Source: Candidatus Nomurabacteria bacterium (GTDB taxonomy: Bacteria > Patescibacteriota > Minisyncoccia > Phycocordibacterales > UBA9973). Taken from it: a stretch of 58,495 nucleotides of DNA. Both the position numbers and the translations under genes were made by a program. The notes under the pieces were generated by a model, which was not told where the DNA came from, made no database searches, and worked only from the letters and a program-made list of their open reading frames with translations. The stretch is taken from contig CALRDL010000004.1 in NCBI GenBank assembly GCA_943354905.1, positions 1 through 58,495 of the forward strand, written 5' to 3'. Shown one piece after another: positions 48,382-56,827 of this stretch (position 1 is its first letter; each line of letters begins with the position of its first letter).

Positions 48382-49407
48382 TTATCTAGTCTTTCTACTT
48401 TTATAAAGAGCTTCTTTTTTTTCTTGTCTTAAGTTTTCTTCTTTTTCTTTAGCAGTTTTTGTGGGTGTAAGCGCTTTAAATTCTGAATGCAGACTTGGTT
48501 CTATAACTTCATGAGCATCATATTCTAATGTTCCAGGTTCATTGTAACGATGTTTATAACTTTTCTTTATACCTATTTCAATTCTCCTTGATATGGTATT
48601 AATTTGAGGAGTAACAAAATTTGCTTTATTTGATACACCTTCTTTTATTGATTGCAATATTCCCTTAACCGCTAATAAGTTTGAGGAAATTGGATTTTGA
48701 TCAAACTGTTTCCCGTGTGACAATTCAGCTATATAATTAGCTATGTTTGTTTCACTGTCTCTAATATCTATAAAAATAGTATTTGTGTATGGATTGTAAA
48801 AATTTTTACCTAAACTAAATGACCCCAACATACTTGTTTCTCCTGGAGATTTAAAATTAACCTTAGGACTACCACATTTTTTATTTAGTTGCCAAAGGGC
48901 ATCGTACAATTCTGGATCAAAATCGTTTTGAACTGGATTGACTGTGGGCATCTTTAATTTATCAGAATCATTAAATTTCTCCTTTCCGGCTAAAACATTT
49001 ATTGCATGAGTTGTTAGTGGGTCTTCGTGAGCATAAGTTACATCACCATTACTTTCAATTTTTATTTCTACTTTGTACCTTGTAAGTTCATAATCTGCAA
49101 CACCAACCGCACTTGTAAGTAAAGTGGCAAATGAAAGAATACGAACCATTTTTTTAATTTTTCTTTCAAGCCTAGTCCTAAATTTATCTTTTTGTAAAGA
49201 AGAAAGTGGTTTTTTATCTATGAATCCTGCTGTTTCTAAAGCAGCTCCTGTGACTTGTGTGGATGTTTCTTCTATGGAAATTAAGGCTTGTTCAGCTTTA
49301 TGAATAAGGTCAACTTCCTGACTTTCTAAGGGAATAATAGCTTCTTCTGTAGATTTATTGGGAGAAGTTTCATTTTTACTGGGATTTATATTTTCCTGTT
49401 TATTCAT
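48382..49407 (-). CDS. hypothetical protein with one TM segment
   Basis: 341-aa ORF; FYNP.TNTI..., IAELSH and GTLEYDAH loosely resemble a zincin-like site. Confidence 0.5.
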   Translation of the reverse strand: MNKQENINPSKNETSPNKSTEEAIIPLESQEVDLIHKAEQALISIEETSTQVTGAALETAGFIDKKPLSSLQKDKFRTRLERKIKKMVRILSFATLLTSAVGVADYELTRYKVEIKIESNGDVTYAHEDPLTTHAINVLAGKEKFNDSDKLKMPTVNPVQNDFDPELYDALWQLNKKCGSPKVNFKSPGETSMLGSFSLGKNFYNPYTNTIFIDIRDSETNIANYIAELSHGKQFDQNPISSNLLAVKGILQSIKEGVSNKANFVTPQINTISRRIEIGIKKSYKHRYNEPGTLEYDAHEVIEPSLHSEFKALTPTKTAKEKEENLRQEKKEALYKSRKTR

Positions 49408-49554
49408 TTTCTTTTTCGGTTAAGGTTTCATCGTTTAAAAGTGACGTTTTAATAACTTCCACTTTTATTTCATCTATTTCTTTTAAATAGCTTTTTAAAT
49501 AATTTTTAATGATAGATTTTACTGTTCCTTGGGTCATGAATTTAATTTACAATT

Positions 49555-51048
49555 TTATATCATAGGCTCGGCTTCTTGGGAAGCTTTTATTTTTAGTTTT
49601 TCTTCTGTATTTTCCTCTCCTGCCACTGAACCATCTTTATTTTTGCCTTTTCCTTCAATGATAGCTTTCTCTTCTGCACTTCGAATTATTGTCGCTTCTT
49701 CTTCTTCAATAAGTTTTTGGGCATCGCCTTTTGGTAATGCGTATTTTCTGCGAGAAGCATCTATGATCTCTTGTCTATATGAAGGATGGGTTGGTGGTAA
49801 TACTCGCAATGTCTCCGCAGAAAATGGGTCGTATGATTCTCCATCGATTGTCATCTTTACATAAAATTCTGTCACGGCGAGGTTGATCATATCTTTCACA
49901 TCAAAAAGTGGCGCAAATTCTGGTTTCATCTTAACCGCATCGTCGCCACCAATACGAAAAGTTATAATGCTTCCACAATTACCGAGTACGGCTTGGTGAA
50001 CTTTTGGAATAATTTGCCCGACATACTGATGCGCCATGGTTAAATTTAACCCATATTTACGAGCCTCAGACAAAATATTTTCAAAAGTTTGAGTTACTAC
50101 GTTTTGGAACTCATCTACATAAATATAGAAATCCTTACGGGCACTCTCTGGCATTGCCGCTCTCTCCATACCAGCTTGTTTGATCTTAGTTAAAAACATA
50201 GAACCCAAAAAAGAAGAATTTTCTTCTCCGAGGCGACCCTTGGAAAGATTGATGAAAATTATTTTCTGACTATTCATGAGCGAGCTAATATCAATTTTAT
50301 TTTGTTTCTGACCAAAAATATTACGAAGAAGTGGGTCAGAGAGAAATTGTCCAAGTTTATTTACAAGTGGAATGATGGCATCCGTATCAAATTTCTCCGA
50401 CCAATCAGCGAATTCAATAGCGAAGAATCTTTTGACCATATCGTCGGTGATATATTCCACCACTTTCTGTCTATAATTTCTATCAGTCAACATCGAGATC
50501 ATTCCGCGCATAGTCGCATGCGGATAGTCGAGCAAAGCCAGACAAGTAAAACGAAAAACGTGTTCAAGACGAGGAGTCCAATTCGCCCCGAATTGTTTTT
50601 GGAAAACTTCGATGAGTCCTTGAGTAAGTTGAAATTTAAACATCGGATCCACATTGGCGAGTGGATTAAAGGATGCAGGGAAATCAACATCAGACGGATC
50701 AATAATACAGACGTCTTCGATGCGTTCTTTTGGAATATAGTCGAGCATAGCTTCGATGACATCGCCGTGCGGATCGATCAGGCAAAGTCCGTGACCATAA
50801 GTCACGTCTTGTCTCAAAAATAGTTCAAGTAATTTTGTTTTTCCGACTCCAGACTTTCCGATGATATACAAATGCCTACGCCTATCGACACGTTTAAAAC
50901 CAAAAATAAATTTCTTTTCCTCGAGAGAAGCCACATAATTCGTCCGCCCAATAAAAGACACATCTTCAGGTCTTACTTTCCCAAACACCGGTAGCTCTGG
51001 TGGTGGTGGGCCATATTTGATTATTTGAACTCGATTTGGTTTTGGCAT
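49555..51048 (-). CDS. VirD4/TraD-like coupling ATPase (HerA/FtsK superfamily)
   Basis: RHLYIIGKSGVGKT, IDPHGD, YVDEFQN, EARKYGL...AHQ; ATG 51048 preferred because the longer ORF runs through a terminator. Confidence 0.85.
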   Translation of the reverse strand: MPKPNRVQIIKYGPPPPELPVFGKVRPEDVSFIGRTNYVASLEEKKFIFGFKRVDRRRHLYIIGKSGVGKTKLLELFLRQDVTYGHGLCLIDPHGDVIEAMLDYIPKERIEDVCIIDPSDVDFPASFNPLANVDPMFKFQLTQGLIEVFQKQFGANWTPRLEHVFRFTCLALLDYPHATMRGMISMLTDRNYRQKVVEYITDDMVKRFFAIEFADWSEKFDTDAIIPLVNKLGQFLSDPLLRNIFGQKQNKIDISSLMNSQKIIFINLSKGRLGEENSSFLGSMFLTKIKQAGMERAAMPESARKDFYIYVDEFQNVVTQTFENILSEARKYGLNLTMAHQYVGQIIPKVHQAVLGNCGSIITFRIGGDDAVKMKPEFAPLFDVKDMINLAVTEFYVKMTIDGESYDPFSAETLRVLPPTHPSYRQEIIDASRRKYALPKGDAQKLIEEEEATIIRSAEEKAIIEGKGKNKDGSVAGEENTEEKLKIKASQEAEPMI

Positions 51049-51085
51049 AATAATTACTATAATTTTACTATAAATTAGACAATTA

Positions 51086-51131
51086 GAAAAGGCGCTACGT
51101 GGAGCCTGTTCTAAGCTCCTCCGAGCGCCTT
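51086..51131 (-). terminator. terminator after the alpha-CTD gene
   Basis: AAGGCGCT....GGAGC-loop-GCTCC....AGCGCCTTTT. Confidence 0.6.
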
Positions 51132-51133
51132 GA

Positions 51134-51454
51134 TCATTCCGGTTCACCAGCCAGATGTATTCCCCTCTGTTTCAGAACTTCTTTGATTTCTTTCAGAGAC
51201 TTTCGTCCTAGATTTTTCATCCGTAGAAATTCCGGGACCCCTTTTTTCGCAATCGCTTCAAGCGTTAGAAGTTTCTCGTTCTTTAGGCAGTTATAGGTGC
51301 GGGCTGAGAACAAATCGACGACTTCGTCGAAATCTTCTGATCCCGGTTGTTCCCCACCTATCGGAACCACTTTCACTCCGGAACGCCCCTCAAGGTACCC
51401 GAGCACTTCGGACAGACTCTCTGTCGGAACACTCACGAAAAATCTTAGTATCAT
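51134..51454 (-). CDS. stand-alone RNA polymerase alpha-CTD-like protein
   Basis: SARTYNCLK, LRMKNLGRKSLKEIKEVL match alpha-CTD; own TTGACA-17-TAGTAC promoter and AGGAG SD. Confidence 0.8.
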   Translation of the reverse strand: MILRFFVSVPTESLSEVLGYLEGRSGVKVVPIGGEQPGSEDFDEVVDLFSARTYNCLKNEKLLTLEAIAKKGVPEFLRMKNLGRKSLKEIKEVLKQRGIHLAGEPE

Positions 51455-51536
51455 TTGTGTACACTCCTGTAATAGGTACTAACATTTTTTACTTTCTTTG
51501 TCAAGATTTCGTAAGGTACATTCAACATTGAAACGC

Positions 51537-51562
51537 AAGGGCTCAACGCCCGTTGAGCCCTT
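51537..51562. repeat. perfect intergenic hairpin AAGGGCTCAACG-CC-CGTTGAGCCCTT
   Basis: 12-bp stem downstream of the Cys-rich array; REP-like element or terminator. Confidence 0.6.
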
Positions 51563-51579
51563 AATACACTAGCCTAAGG

Positions 51580-53328
51580 CTAGTAAACCTCCTGCTGATA
51601 ACATTTTTCGCAATACAGTATCGGCGCATAATTTTCGTCGTAAACTGTTTCCACTTCAATTTCGCATTTCGTACAATTGCGTTTAATAATTTTTAGTGGG
51701 GGACGTTTTTGTAGTCTACGGGTATGTCTAACATCAAAACAAACTCTAGGGATAGGCAGATCCATTCTCCTGTAAAAGGCTAGCTCGTTTTCTGTAATTC
51801 GATATGCACCGACAGAATATTCTTTATTTTTATCTCCACATTCTATTATTTGAGACAAAATAGAATCGTCTACCTCGGCTATCGTTTCAGGCAAATCTAA
51901 ACTTTTCATTGTTGTATTATAATTTTTCTTTTCTTTGTCTCTCCATTTATAGCCTAGAGCTAGAGCCTCTTTTTTATCTATCGGAAAAAAATCTATCGCG
52001 GCTGTTTCGTTATAAGCAAAATCAAGTAATGCTACGGGAAAATTTTCACCGAAACGATATTCAAGACCCGTAACATCTGTATATGGCATTTCTTTCATTT
52101 GTTTTATTATTTTTTCTTTCAAAGTCTCATATTCTTCCTTGCTATATTTTTTATTAAGAATTGAATACTCTCCTTTTTTTAATCCTATACACCCGAAACA
52201 ATTGCTTGAGCTTGGGCAAGAATTGCAATAAAAAAGATCGTGAGCTCCCATCCAACATTGATTACAAAAATAAATTCGAGAACAATTGATGCCGCAGTTT
52301 TGGGATTCATAAAGAAGCTCGGATTGATTCCCCCACTCAAAAACATCCATAGAATCTTGCGAATCAAAAAATCCAAAAACATACTTACAATCTTTCACAT
52401 TCCAACAATCAAAAGATTGGTGAACATTTTTAGAATTAGAGAACCAATTACCAGAAACACCGTCTGATTTTACAGAAGTTATGGCTCGCACTGGGAATTT
52501 CTTCCTGAATTCTGAAAATTCTTTTTCCATTTTTTCTATACCACTTGTAGTATTTAATTTTAATTCCTGTAATTTTTCAAAATATTTTTCTCGTGTGTAT
52601 TTCTCATTAAAAATGCAATATTCTTGATTGACTAAGTTCACACATCCAACACAACTAGAACAATTTCGACAGGCATAAAGAAAAGACGAATCTCGGCAAG
52701 TAGAACTTTCTTGGGAAAATCTAGTGCTATAACAACCCGAGCAATTTACACATTCATAGCAAAGCTCACACTTGCTTATAAAAATACAATCCGAGCAGTC
52801 GGTGGCTCCTTCCACAATATAGGAATACAAAGTATTCGCACTTTTAGTGGAACGAAAAACCATATAAGAATTTTTCATATCGTGGACGCGATGGGTATAG
52901 TCACTATTGATAGAGAACCCCTGCTTAACCAAAGCCATCCGCGGTACTTTTTTATATAAATCCAATAATTGCTCAAAAAATGGTCGAGAAAAATCATAAT
53001 CCACTCCATATTGATGAGGATCCCAAGCATCAGAATACCAAATGTCTGTTTTATATACAGGGAAATCTGTGCCAACAGGATACATGCTAAAAATATCTTC
53101 GCCTGAAAAATCGCACTTTCTTTTATATAAAATTCTTTCATTTGTACTAGCTAGACGTCTCACAAATCTACACCTCGGACAAAAAGTAGGTGGTGGAACT
53201 TTAATTTTTTCATAGAAATTAAAATCCTCTGGCTCTATCGTAAAATCTTTTTTACAGTTTTGACAGTTCTCAGACATTGAGTTATTCGAATATGTTTTTG
53301 TTTCTTGTTGCATAATTTTTAATAGCAT
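51580..53328 (-). CDS. Cys-rich repeat protein, paralog 2
   Basis: Same architecture, ends YCEKCYQQEVY. Confidence 0.85.
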   Translation of the reverse strand: MLLKIMQQETKTYSNNSMSENCQNCKKDFTIEPEDFNFYEKIKVPPPTFCPRCRFVRRLASTNERILYKRKCDFSGEDIFSMYPVGTDFPVYKTDIWYSDAWDPHQYGVDYDFSRPFFEQLLDLYKKVPRMALVKQGFSINSDYTHRVHDMKNSYMVFRSTKSANTLYSYIVEGATDCSDCIFISKCELCYECVNCSGCYSTRFSQESSTCRDSSFLYACRNCSSCVGCVNLVNQEYCIFNEKYTREKYFEKLQELKLNTTSGIEKMEKEFSEFRKKFPVRAITSVKSDGVSGNWFSNSKNVHQSFDCWNVKDCKYVFGFFDSQDSMDVFEWGNQSELLYESQNCGINCSRIYFCNQCWMGAHDLFYCNSCPSSSNCFGCIGLKKGEYSILNKKYSKEEYETLKEKIIKQMKEMPYTDVTGLEYRFGENFPVALLDFAYNETAAIDFFPIDKKEALALGYKWRDKEKKNYNTTMKSLDLPETIAEVDDSILSQIIECGDKNKEYSVGAYRITENELAFYRRMDLPIPRVCFDVRHTRRLQKRPPLKIIKRNCTKCEIEVETVYDENYAPILYCEKCYQQEVY

Positions 53329-53352
53329 AAGTATACTATTATTTATATAATT

Positions 53353-55122
53353 CTAATAAACCTCCTGCTGGTAACATTTTTCACAGTAAATTATCTCAGG
53401 GTAATCAGGAGAATATCCGGTTTTAAATTTTTCTTCACAAGGTTTATCACCATGAAAATGTCTTACTGTATTTTTATATATTTCTGTGGTATCATTTTGC
53501 CCGACACACATGCAAAACCTGTCATATAAATGTAGTGTGAGCCTGTCCCTAATCCTACGTTCATGTCTACACTCATTGCACATTGTTGGAATGGGAATTT
53601 TTTCATTACGTAAAAAAATTAATTCATTTTCTAGTACTCGATAGGGCTTTTTACATTTTCCACATTCAATAACTTCCTCTAAAATTTGATCCATTGCATT
53701 AGTGATTAAATTTGGAATTTCTGACGCTTTTATTGTTATTTTATATTCTCCCCGAAAAGCTTCAATCCAGCCATAACTTTTCGCTCCAGCTTCTTCTTTT
53801 GTAATTGGAAAATGCTCTATGGCAACAGTATTGTTGTACCCAAATGGTGAAAACTCTATCGGAAAAAACTCCCCATATTTATAAATAATACCCTGCGAAT
53901 CAACATACGGCATTTCGTCCATATGTTTTTTTATTTTAGGAACAAGAACTTCGTAATCTTCTTTTGTATATTGTTTATTAAAAATGCAATATTGTTTTTT
54001 CTTTAACCCAGAACAACCAAAACAGTCGGAGGAACTAAATAAATTGATACAATACTCATTGTTTATGCAGGCAGGCCAGCAATTTTTAGAAAATTTATTA
54101 TTATAAGAATTATCCCCGCACTCTATTGTTTCATAGCAAAGTTCAGTGTTGGCTCCCCAAACAGAAACATCGTAGTTGTCTGTACTACTTGGATTTTCAT
54201 CTATGTATTGACAAAAACGCATATCTTCACATTCTCTGACTAAATAACTATCATTTACATTTTTTGAGTCTGTGACGTAAGAACCAGTTGAGTTTAAATT
54301 TTTTACTCCTTGCTGGTGTCTAGTTATTTGAGTTTGCCAAAATTTTCTGGTTTTTTCCCGTGCTTCTTTTATGCCTTGTATAGTATCTAACTTTAATTTT
54401 TTTATTTCTTTCTCATATTCTTCTTTTGTATACTGTTTGTTAAAAATACAGTATGAAGATTGTCTTAAATTTACACAACCAAAACAATCATTACAACCTC
54501 CACAGTCTCTGCAAAAATACATATTTCTAGAATCCCAAGACATTATTGTAAAATAACACTGATAGCAATTTCTAACCCAAAAACATTCGTAACATCTTTC
54601 TGATTGTTTCATATGTGAATTATCCACGCAATCTTTTGAATGATTTACTGAATTCCCATACATGCAATCTTCAGAAAAACTCGAGTTAACAATAAGGTAA
54701 CAATTCTTTAATCCTTGAGCATTGAAAGAGTAGGGACTGTTTATCATTCTACTTATATTAAAACTGAACACAGGAATTTTTTTATCAAGTACAATTAGTT
54801 GTTCTAAAAATGACCTAGAAAAATCATAATCTTGCTGATATTCCATCGCGTCCCAACTATCTCCATTCCATTCTTCTCGAGTTATAATTTTCCTTCCACT
54901 TTCTTGTGGATAAGTCGAAAGAATTTCTTTACCAGTAAAATGATTCAGAACTCTAAAGAGTTTGCGTTCATTTCTGAAAGCAAACCTCCTCTGCGCCCTA
55001 CAGAAAGGACAAAAAGTCGGAGGAGGAACTTTTATCTTTTCATAAAAATTAAAATCTTCCGTTTCGATAACAAAATCTTTCTTACAATTCTGGCATATTC
55101 TGTTTTCATTTTTGTTTTCCAT
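53353..55122 (-). CDS. Cys-rich repeat protein, paralog 3
   Basis: Same architecture; ATG 55122 preferred. Confidence 0.85.
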   Translation of the reverse strand: MENKNENRICQNCKKDFVIETEDFNFYEKIKVPPPTFCPFCRAQRRFAFRNERKLFRVLNHFTGKEILSTYPQESGRKIITREEWNGDSWDAMEYQQDYDFSRSFLEQLIVLDKKIPVFSFNISRMINSPYSFNAQGLKNCYLIVNSSFSEDCMYGNSVNHSKDCVDNSHMKQSERCYECFWVRNCYQCYFTIMSWDSRNMYFCRDCGGCNDCFGCVNLRQSSYCIFNKQYTKEEYEKEIKKLKLDTIQGIKEAREKTRKFWQTQITRHQQGVKNLNSTGSYVTDSKNVNDSYLVRECEDMRFCQYIDENPSSTDNYDVSVWGANTELCYETIECGDNSYNNKFSKNCWPACINNEYCINLFSSSDCFGCSGLKKKQYCIFNKQYTKEDYEVLVPKIKKHMDEMPYVDSQGIIYKYGEFFPIEFSPFGYNNTVAIEHFPITKEEAGAKSYGWIEAFRGEYKITIKASEIPNLITNAMDQILEEVIECGKCKKPYRVLENELIFLRNEKIPIPTMCNECRHERRIRDRLTLHLYDRFCMCVGQNDTTEIYKNTVRHFHGDKPCEEKFKTGYSPDYPEIIYCEKCYQQEVY

Positions 55123-55128
55123 ATTTCT

Positions 55129-55154
55129 ATACTCATGTACTAGTACATGATAAC
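55129..55154 (-). promoter_or_regulatory. TrpR-type operator with -10 element upstream of paralog 3
   Basis: Minus strand GTTATCAT-GTACT-AGTACATG-AGTAT fits GNACT-N8-AGTNC with 1 mismatch. Confidence 0.6.
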
Positions 55155-55158
55155 GCAT

Positions 55159-56826
55159 CTAATACACCTCCTGCTGATAACATTTTTCACAGTACACTAT
55201 CTCAGGTCGGTCGGGGGAATAATTTGTAGTTATAGCTTTGTAGCATTTTGCACAATTCCTCTGCCAAAATTTAAATGGCCCACGTTTTTCTATTCTGTCT
55301 TGATGTCGGCAATAAAAACACTTCCGGGGTATCGGTATGTTCATTTTTTTATAAAAAGATAGCTCTTGGTCAGTGATTTTATAATTCCTATTACAAAAGA
55401 CACAAGCCAAAACTTCTTTTATTATAGAATCTTCTACATCCTTTATATGATCTGGAATATTTTCTGAATTTATTGTCCCATTCCCTTCTGTCTTTTGTAT
55501 ATCATCTTCCCATCTAAAACCCTGTGCTAATGCTTCGTCTTTGGTTATGGGAAAATTGTCTTGAGCAATTGTCTCATTGTATGCAAAAAGTGCGATCACC
55601 TCCGGCATCATGAGTCCGTACAAATCTTTTTCCGTAAGTTCTTTGATTATTATTTCTCGAAGTCTTTCGTATTCTTCTTTTGGATATTGTTTATTTAAAA
55701 TCGAATATTCACCGTGATGCAATGCATCGCAACCTATACAATTTTTACAATTTCTAATACAAAATCCATACAAAATATCACTACAATTTTCCGCACCATA
55801 AGTCCCGACAATATTACTCGAAAGACCAGTAGCCACGACCTCGAGCATTTTTTCTGATTTAAGCCCATGACCGATCACCCCCATAGAATCTTTTATCATC
55901 TTAGAAGAATAAATATACTTACAATCTTCACCCTTGATCACTTCAAAAGAATTGCTTACATTTTTACATTCAAATAAATAATCCCCTGTCGAATCTATAG
56001 TCTTTAAATTATTATTTTCACGAACAGGAAACTGTAACGCAAAACTTTCAAATTCCTTTTTAAATTCTTGTATTTTTTGATAAGATCCAAGTATTTCTCC
56101 CACTTTTTTCTTGTATTCTTCTTTATTCATGTGCTGATTCAAAAAGTGATAGGATTTATTGTTTAAATTCACACAACCAAAACAATTTATCGAACCTTTG
56201 CAATTTAAAACAAAAGCTGAATCTATCGAACTAGAGATATTTTGACCGAAGAGGATGCCTGAAGATTGCTCAACATTTATGGATTCATAGCATCTCTCAA
56301 AGTCTTGTCCAAAATACATATCAGCAGAATCTCTAGAATTTCTAACTCCTCTAGAATACATAGTATCTTCAGAAGACATGGTGTTAAAAACCAAATAGCA
56401 ATTCCTACAACCGCCGGCCATATTTACGTATTCACTATTTATATTTGGACCAATACTGCTAGATAAATAAGTGGTAATCTTTGGAACTTTAATAAAAAGT
56501 TCTTTGACTTGTTCCAAAAAAGATCTACTCTCATTGTAATCCATAGCATAATCTTTCGGATCCCATTTTTCAGAATAAAAACAATCGTGGCAATAGATAG
56601 TGTATGGGGGTTTTGGATTATACATAGAGATTACTCCTTTGCCACACAGTCCGCATTTTCGCCCAGAATAAAGAGTAGTTTCATTTCGAAACATAGCCCG
56701 CATTTTAAAACGACAATCCGGACAGACTTTTGGAGCTGGCACTTTCATCTTTTCATAAAAACCTAGCTCATTCTGATCGAGAATAAATTCTTGGTTGCAT
56801 TTTTGACAAGCTTGCTTTGTTTCCAT
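55159..56826 (-). CDS. Cys-rich repeat protein, paralog 4
   Basis: Same architecture, ends YCEKCYQQEVY. Confidence 0.85.
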   Translation of the reverse strand: METKQACQKCNQEFILDQNELGFYEKMKVPAPKVCPDCRFKMRAMFRNETTLYSGRKCGLCGKGVISMYNPKPPYTIYCHDCFYSEKWDPKDYAMDYNESRSFLEQVKELFIKVPKITTYLSSSIGPNINSEYVNMAGGCRNCYLVFNTMSSEDTMYSRGVRNSRDSADMYFGQDFERCYESINVEQSSGILFGQNISSSIDSAFVLNCKGSINCFGCVNLNNKSYHFLNQHMNKEEYKKKVGEILGSYQKIQEFKKEFESFALQFPVRENNNLKTIDSTGDYLFECKNVSNSFEVIKGEDCKYIYSSKMIKDSMGVIGHGLKSEKMLEVVATGLSSNIVGTYGAENCSDILYGFCIRNCKNCIGCDALHHGEYSILNKQYPKEEYERLREIIIKELTEKDLYGLMMPEVIALFAYNETIAQDNFPITKDEALAQGFRWEDDIQKTEGNGTINSENIPDHIKDVEDSIIKEVLACVFCNRNYKITDQELSFYKKMNIPIPRKCFYCRHQDRIEKRGPFKFWQRNCAKCYKAITTNYSPDRPEIVYCEKCYQQEVY

Positions 56827-56827
56827 T

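Noticed and set aside
49555-51048. Conjugative element
   Set aside because: No relaxase, VirB4 or mating-pair genes nearby
51049-51147. N-terminal extension of the coupling ATPase ORF
   Set aside because: Runs through the terminator of the upstream gene; start at 51048 is more plausible
54067-54075. GCAGGCAGG half-site (also CCTGCCTG at 24211..24218)
   Set aside because: Only 8-9 bp and explained by ordinary coding sequence (WPAC; VRQG)
51580-56826. Diversity-generating retroelement acting on the Cys-rich paralogs
   Set aside because: No reverse transcriptase and no TR/VR pair with adenine-specific differences was seen
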